Assembly (NCBI GenBank): GCA_000165425.1
Contig: CT868018.1
Coordinates: 246,444 to 266,443 of the forward strand
DNA from: Paramecium tetraurelia
Lineage: Eukaryota
Length of the DNA: 20,000 nt
Reading direction: 5' to 3'
A program made the translations under genes and the position numbers. The notes under the pieces are model-generated. The model did no database searches. It saw only the letters and a program-made list of their open reading frames with translations, and was not told the DNA's origin. Below are positions 14,541 to 20,000 of the stretch, one piece after another. The first letter of the stretch is position 1; every line of letters starts with the position of its first letter.

Positions 14541-14917
14541 TCATTCAAATCCAGTTAAATTTTCTCCACTTAAAATATGAGCATGTAAATGGAACACTGT
14601 TTATCCTCCTTTCTATCCATCATTTATTATCACTCTATATCCTTCTAATTGTAGTTATTTCCCAACTCTATTCACTGCATACATCAAATTTCCTAATAGA
14701 TTAATATGCTACTCAGAGGCATTTGATAATCTATCTAAATGCTCCTTAGGTATTACTAAAACATGTACTTTTGCCTTAGGATTTATATCCTCAAAGGCTA
14801 AACACTTATTTATCAGACTATTCTTACATGTTTATCTTCGTATATAATTTTTGCAGGTATCTGCCTTTTAATTATTTTTTCAAAAACTGTCGAGAACGAG
14901 TAATATATGGATTTCAT
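14541..14917 (-). CDS. Histidine triad nucleotide-binding protein (HINT/PKCI branch of the HIT family), 117 aa
   Basis: [69 protein letters not shown], containing the HxHxH triad. Intron 14805-14827. Confidence 0.95.
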
Positions 14918-15580
14918 TATATTTGATTTGATTTTATATATATTAATAAATATCTACTTATCCAATTCAAATAGCAAGCCTTATATTAATAACAATAAAT
15001 AATTGATAATTTGCAACAATTTTAATAATATATATTAACTTAAAATCAGACTTCTGCTTTATTTTTGATAGTAAATTAAAGTTTTCCTTCATTGAATATG
15101 TATTTTATTCTAATTGAAATTTTTATCTATTATTATGAATGCAACCAATTAAGAAAAAAGGGTAATAGATACTATTTAAGAAAATAAGACAACTTTTGGC
15201 GTAGATAAATATTCATAAAATGAGATTTAAGGTCATATTATCGATAATTTTACAACATTGAATTATAAATAGTGAAATAATTAATTAAATTTACTATTTT
15301 TAGGTTTATTAGAATGTACAAATATTTTCATTCAAACATTTAACCTATATTTTAATCTACTATAATTGATGCTCTCAGATACCGAGTCATGTTGTGAATT
15401 CATAATTTTAGTTTAGAAATGAAGAATAGAACTGAAACATGATAATAATTTCTAGTAGGATGAGAAATGCAGTTTATGATATATTAGACCTTAGATATAA
15501 ATAGAGATTAGTACTAGATATAATTTATATTTGATAATACTCTGTTGTTCAATAATTAAAAATAAATTTATTAAGATTTA

Positions 15581-16629
15581 ATGAACAATCCTCGTCCATC
15601 ATAACTTCCAGCCCAGAAGGCAACACCATCATAATTACCACCTACTTCTTAATAATAGGTTCCAGAAACATATTAGGCATAACCAAATTGGGTTCCTGCA
15701 AGCTCATAAATTCAGCCAGGAGTTTTGAGCTAACCAATTCCGCTTTAACAAACAGGATTAATTTAAAATCCACAATATTTATAGTAGCCAGTTTATGCTT
15801 AATAACAATTGATATAATCAAGTGCGCCAGTTGTCACATAAGGAAATGTAATCATTAATAATAATCAAATAGGCAATCAAGGGTGAATCTCGTATTGAAT
15901 ATATTCCTTATACAAAAGAAGTGACGGAGTATGTAACATAAGAGGTAGTCGAATATGTGCCAAGAGAGAGAAAAATTACTGACTATTATGCAGTGGAATA
16001 TGTGACTGAACACATTCCTTAAGTAATCTAAGAAAAATACATTGGTATTTGATTATGTTTATTATTTACGCAGAGTACGTGCCAGTAGAAACAATAAAAG
16101 AGAGAACAGAGTACCAAGCAGTGACAAAATAAAGCGTGGTATAAGCACCAATCGATTATTAATAAATCCAGAAAACTCAATAATATCAAGGTAAATAAAT
16201 TTATTTATATTAATTTCAGTAGCTGCCCCAATTTAATACGCCTAAACCTATACACAACCAATTCAATATGCTTAAACTACTGTATAACCTATTTAATATG
16301 CTTAAACAACTACCCAATTTGTACCAACTACTTAGAGCCAATATGTGTCAGCTCCTGTAACAACTTCTTAATTTGTTTCATAACCTTATCCAACTACTAC
16401 ATATGGAGCTCCCATTACAAATTATGGTTAGTTGACTTAGAATACAGCTTATTTACCAGCAGCAACATATGCCCAACCTGGAATTGGGTAGGTGACAACA
16501 ACTACACAGTAGTATTCAACTGGATGGCAATAAGTATATCCAGCATCAACAGGAAATTTTTAGCCTTAATTGCAATAGTAATAAGTAGGTCAACTTCAAA
16601 TACAAGGATAGAGTCCTAAGTACGCATGA
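15581..16629 (+). CDS. Epiplasmin (Paramecium cortical membrane-skeleton protein), 321 aa
   Basis: Central domain IKGESRIEYIPYTKEVTEY..EYVPRERKITDYYAVEYVTEHIPQVIQEKYIEYVPVETIKERTEYQAV, flanked by P/Q/V/Y-rich arms. Introns 15848-15872, 16045-16073 and 16191-16219 leave 966 nt. Confidence 0.9.
16228..16317 (+). repeat. Three tandem 30-nt (10-aa) coding repeats PIQYAQTxxQ in the epiplasmin C-terminal arm
   Basis: PIQYAQTYTQ PIQYAQTTVQ PIQYAQTTTQ read directly in code 6. Confidence 0.8.
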
Positions 16630-16764
16630 TGATATTATAAATAAGGAATTATTCAATTGTTACAATAATTATTCTTAAAGGTTATATTTTGTGTTATACA
16701 ATCTAATTGCAAAGAATAAAAAACTAAAATAATAAACTCTTCCGCTTAACTGCATTAATATGAA

Positions 16765-18111
16765 TCACTTTGCTCTGGCAAAACCATCTCTATTTTTTAT
16801 CATAAACAGAATAATATTTGCTAAGGAAAGTTTCACCCAAAATCCAAGCTGGCCCTTATAGTGATGATGTGATATCTAAAGGCATGAATGAACCAACACA
16901 TTAGCGATTAGCTCCCATTTCTACAAAACTATTACTTGCGAAAGTGTCATAAGCAACCTAAATATTTTGAGATTATAATTCATTTCTTTTTGAATCTCAT
17001 AATTTAATCATTGGCATCAAATCATAACTGTTACCATCAAAATGAATCTTAATTTTGGTAAATCTTTAAGGTTGCTGCTATTTCATCAATGTTTAAGGTA
17101 TATATAGGTAAAATAATACCCAGTAAATCATATAAACCATCTGATGGACCAGTTAATAATGAAGTGCCAGTATCTGCAACTACCTTGCATCCATGTTTGC
17201 AAAGTCCTATGTCTTTCCAGAATGTTATCTGCATCCAATAACCAATAATATTGTCAGCAACATTATGAAAATGCAACTCTCCAGTGAAATGATCATTATT
17301 CCAACCACCCAAGGTAAATTCAAATGATCGGGGAAACTTCATATGTTGAAAAGTAGAAAGAAAATATATATTTCTGACTAACAATTTCTATTGCATTATC
17401 TTTTCAAATAAAGGGTTGAAATTTTAAGAAGCCATTTTTGGATATGCTAATCCAACAATGCCATCAAATCTGATTATGAAAAAACATCACCTTTTTTCTC
17501 TAACAATTTCTGCAAATTCTTATTTTGCGACAGTGAAACCTCCAACATAAACAGTTTCTGCTTTAATCTACATTTAAGAAAATTTTTCCCTCTCCCATCA
17601 ATTCACCAGTTCCGAATTCAGCGTCTAAATAATAACCTAATTGTTCATAGGTAGATTATTGTGATTTTTGCATCAATAATCGTGCATCTAGCAGAATTCA
17701 ACCAAAAATTAGTAGATAGATATCAAATGATAACCGAAACTACTACCTAATTGTACCTTGAATTTGTTGTTTTAAACGCCTAATCCAATCTTTCCAGTAT
17801 ATTAAGTATTCTTAAAGTTGTACAATTTTATGGATTCCTTTTATTATGTCAAGGCCACTTTTTGTGATAAAATCAAACAATGATTTTCTGGCTTATGATT
17901 CTGTTCTGTCTAACTTGACCCTTCTAATGCCGAGCTTTAATTTTTATAAATACAATTGATTCAAATTTCCTATTTCTATCCTCTAAGTTTCGCTATTATT
18001 ATTCATAAAAATTTCTTTATAGTAAAATAGGTATCCTCAAATTTAATTTATTTTGTCTTAATAAAAAACAATTTTTCAGATTAAAGGTAGCAATTAATAA
18101 ATATTAAACAT
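16765..18111 (-). pseudogene. Cathepsin D/pepsin-like (peptidase A1) aspartic protease pseudogene
   Basis: Recognisable motifs: NFKNTQYTGKIGLG, EFGTGELMG, FDGIVGLAYP, VADTGTSLLTGP, WILGETFLSKYYSVYD..GFARAK*. The first catalytic DTG is destroyed (~17710-17734). There is an in-frame TGA at 17673-17675, several frameshifts, and an intron donor reading GG instead of GT (17568-17589). The 5' end is approximate. Confidence 0.88.
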
Positions 18112-18351
18112 TTTAAAATCGTATATTATAACTACCCCAATGCGATATATTCAAAAAATGTAATTCTATCCCATTTTCAAATTCGATCAAATTCTCATAA
18201 CTCAATTAAAACTCTTAAACTCAAAAATTAAGAATAAAAAATCAATTTATTAGAATATTTAGTCAAACAGACACAAAAATTTTAATATCCTAATCCCAAA
18301 TGTGGAAACAAAGCATAATGAGAGATTAAATCTAACATAATTTATTAAAAT

Positions 18352-18357
18352 AAAAAA
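18352..18357 (-). terminator. RNA polymerase III oligo-T terminator of tRNA-Gly
   Basis: TTTTTT on the minus strand, one base 3' of the tRNA discriminator base. Confidence 0.75.
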
Positions 18358-18358
18358 T

Positions 18359-18429
18359 TGCACTGTACGAGACTCGAACTCGTGTCACAAGGATGGCAAC
18401 CTTGTATACTACCCTTATACTAACAGTGC
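18359..18429 (-). tRNA. tRNA-Gly (anticodon GCC)
   Basis: GCACTGT/ACAGTGC acceptor stem, anticodon arm CAAGG-TTGCCAT-CCTTG, T loop GTTCGAGT, 71 nt, followed by a T6 run. Confidence 0.95.
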
Positions 18430-18519
18430 TTAATGAAAAATCACACTTGATATTATTGATATATTGTAGGTGTACAAAATAGATTTAGTTGAATATTGTG
18501 AGTTTTATAATATGAGAAA

Positions 18520-19243
18520 ACAATATAGCCATTTTTTATTCTTATGCATGATCTTATGAATTAGCCGGTTAAATAATCAAATGGTTTTTTTTTATCTTCG
18601 TAATTGGCTTTCAATAAATCTTGTGGACCTTCCCATTATTCTGTGCCTGGAATGAAATCAGGATTTTGGGTGAGTATTTATGATGTCTCTAATTTAATTT
18701 GAAGATTTTTCATTCTCAGTCCAACATGTTTGGCTTATGGCGAGCCTTAGCCATAGATAAGTGAATTTGGAGGAGTCTGCATTACAGCTAGATAATTTAC
18801 TTTTATTCCGTTAAAACTAAGCTGTCTTATCAAGATTATCAACATTAATCCTGTAGAATTTAAAATCAACAAATAGTTCTGAAATTTCATTCGCCCTTTA
18901 ATAGTTAGGTTAAAAACTAAAATACTAAAGATGTCCAACTTTGTTCAATATGATACAATGTAAATATGGCTTTGTTTAATATTTTGAATCCAATAATTCT
19001 TTCAAGCTTCTCACAACTTAATTGAATAGGAGATAATCATTTGTATATTTTGAAAAATTGATCTATTTCTACATTTCTAAATTAGTCCAACTTGAAACTT
19101 GCAAAAGGGTAGACAATTTTTCTATTGATTACAATAATAACATCTGATTAATGAGCATTTTTGAGTGAGAAAATTTCATTTATTTATATCCACAGAAAGG
19201 ATTTATTATTCAAATTGCTAATATATTTCAACTTTATATTCAT
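18520..19243 (-). pseudogene. Probable disrupted gene of unknown family
   Basis: Protein-like segments (KIVYPFASFKLDQFRNVEIDQFFKIYK*LSPIQLSCEKLERIIG; NYLAVMQTPPNSLIYGQGSPQAKHVGLRMK..NPDFIPGTEQWEGPQDLLKANYED) interrupted by TGA at 19037-19039 and by a frame switch near 18890. Confidence 0.5.
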
Positions 19244-19334
19244 TTTAAATAACTCTAAGATAATCAAGGATTTTTAATGAAATTGTTATTGATTAGATTG
19301 TTTTTTATAAATAATATTTCATAAATTGAGTTAT

Positions 19335-19744
19335 TCAATTAATTCGAAATGCGGTTTAATTCATAGAGGGATCATTTGTGGAAAATATTTCATGTATTGA
19401 TTTACTAACATTTTTTCGATTATGAAAACTAGGAAGTTTAATACTGCATGTTCGAGGCTAAAGTCTAAAATTTAAATTAGTTTGATGCACAGTAGTTCGA
19501 ATAGAACTTCTTCTATCTTATCTAAATTAGAAATTTACTAAAATATTAAAACACTCTCAATACCAGGTTTTTCATATTTCTGTAAAAAATCAAATTCATG
19601 TTTTCTTTGGTGAGGTTTATAGATTTCTCTTGAATCATCATGAAATTAAGACATTATAGGTTTTATTCCATCATACGTCAATTTCCTGAGATTTTTCATT
19701 TGGTTGATTCTGTAATTCAGTGAAAAGGCTGTATTATTTGACAT
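19335..19744 (-). CDS. Small basic hypothetical protein, 127 aa; last gene before the telomere
   Basis: MSNNTAFSLNYRINQMKNLRKLTYDGIKP..; removing a 26-nt GT-AG intron at 19538-19563 gives a 384-nt frame ending TGA at 19335-19337. Confidence 0.6.
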
Positions 19745-19879
19745 ATTAAACAAATAAATTTTATTATTATTATAACTAAATAATCTTTTAAAATATAGAA
19801 ATTAAATTCATACATGTTCTTCTACTATTCAAAGAGTAAAACGCAATATTTTCAATAAATGCTTAGTAAAATTCTTAAA

Positions 19880-19952
19880 GGGTTTGGGTTTGGGTTTGGG
19901 GTTGGGGTTTGGGGTTGGGGTTTGGGGTTGGGGTTGGGTTTGGGTTTGGGTT
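19880..19952 (+). repeat. Macronuclear telomeric repeat tract (mixed G3T3/G4T2)
   Basis: About 12 GGGTTT/GGGGTT units, with the G-rich strand running 5'->3' toward the end. This mixture is characteristic of Paramecium telomeres. Confidence 0.95.
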
Positions 19953-20000
19953 CCCAGGCGACGCACGCGCAACGGCGTTTAACATGGTCTTTCCGGGAAC
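19953..20000. other. GC-rich non-Paramecium-like sequence distal to the telomere (probable chimera, vector or contaminant)
   Basis: CCCAGGCGACGCACGCGCAACGGCGTTTAACATGGTCTTTCCGGGAAC is ~60% GC and CpG-rich, unlike the rest of the window. Confidence 0.7.

Noticed and set aside
14920..15580. Long intergenic stretch with faint coding-like patches
   Set aside because: TGA stops interrupt the frames examined and no family is recognisable, so a feature cannot be supported.

Overview
AT-rich ciliate macronuclear DNA, almost certainly Paramecium (probably the aurelia complex). Genes read correctly only with genetic code 6 (TAA/TAG=Gln, TGA sole stop) and carry 21-30 nt GT-AG introns. The window ends in a mixed G3T3/G4T2 telomeric tract. 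The supplied ORF track used the wrong code and is mostly spurious. In order, the window holds: the 5' part of a phenylalanyl-tRNA synthetase beta gene, two coiled-coil hypothetical genes, a Ca2+-dependent protein kinase, an intronless trichocyst matrix protein, a B-box-like zinc-finger/coiled-coil gene, a probable gene relic, a ULK/Atg1-like kinase, a MORN-repeat gene, a HIT-family gene, an epiplasmin, a cathepsin D-like aspartic protease pseudogene, tRNA-Gly(GCC), a second relic, a small hypothetical gene, the telomere, and 48 nt of GC-rich foreign-looking sequence. I found no convincing novel system. The notable points are the pseudogenes near the chromosome end, the post-telomere sequence, stop-less 3n introns and very tight gene packing. 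All translations and family calls were made by eye without database searches.
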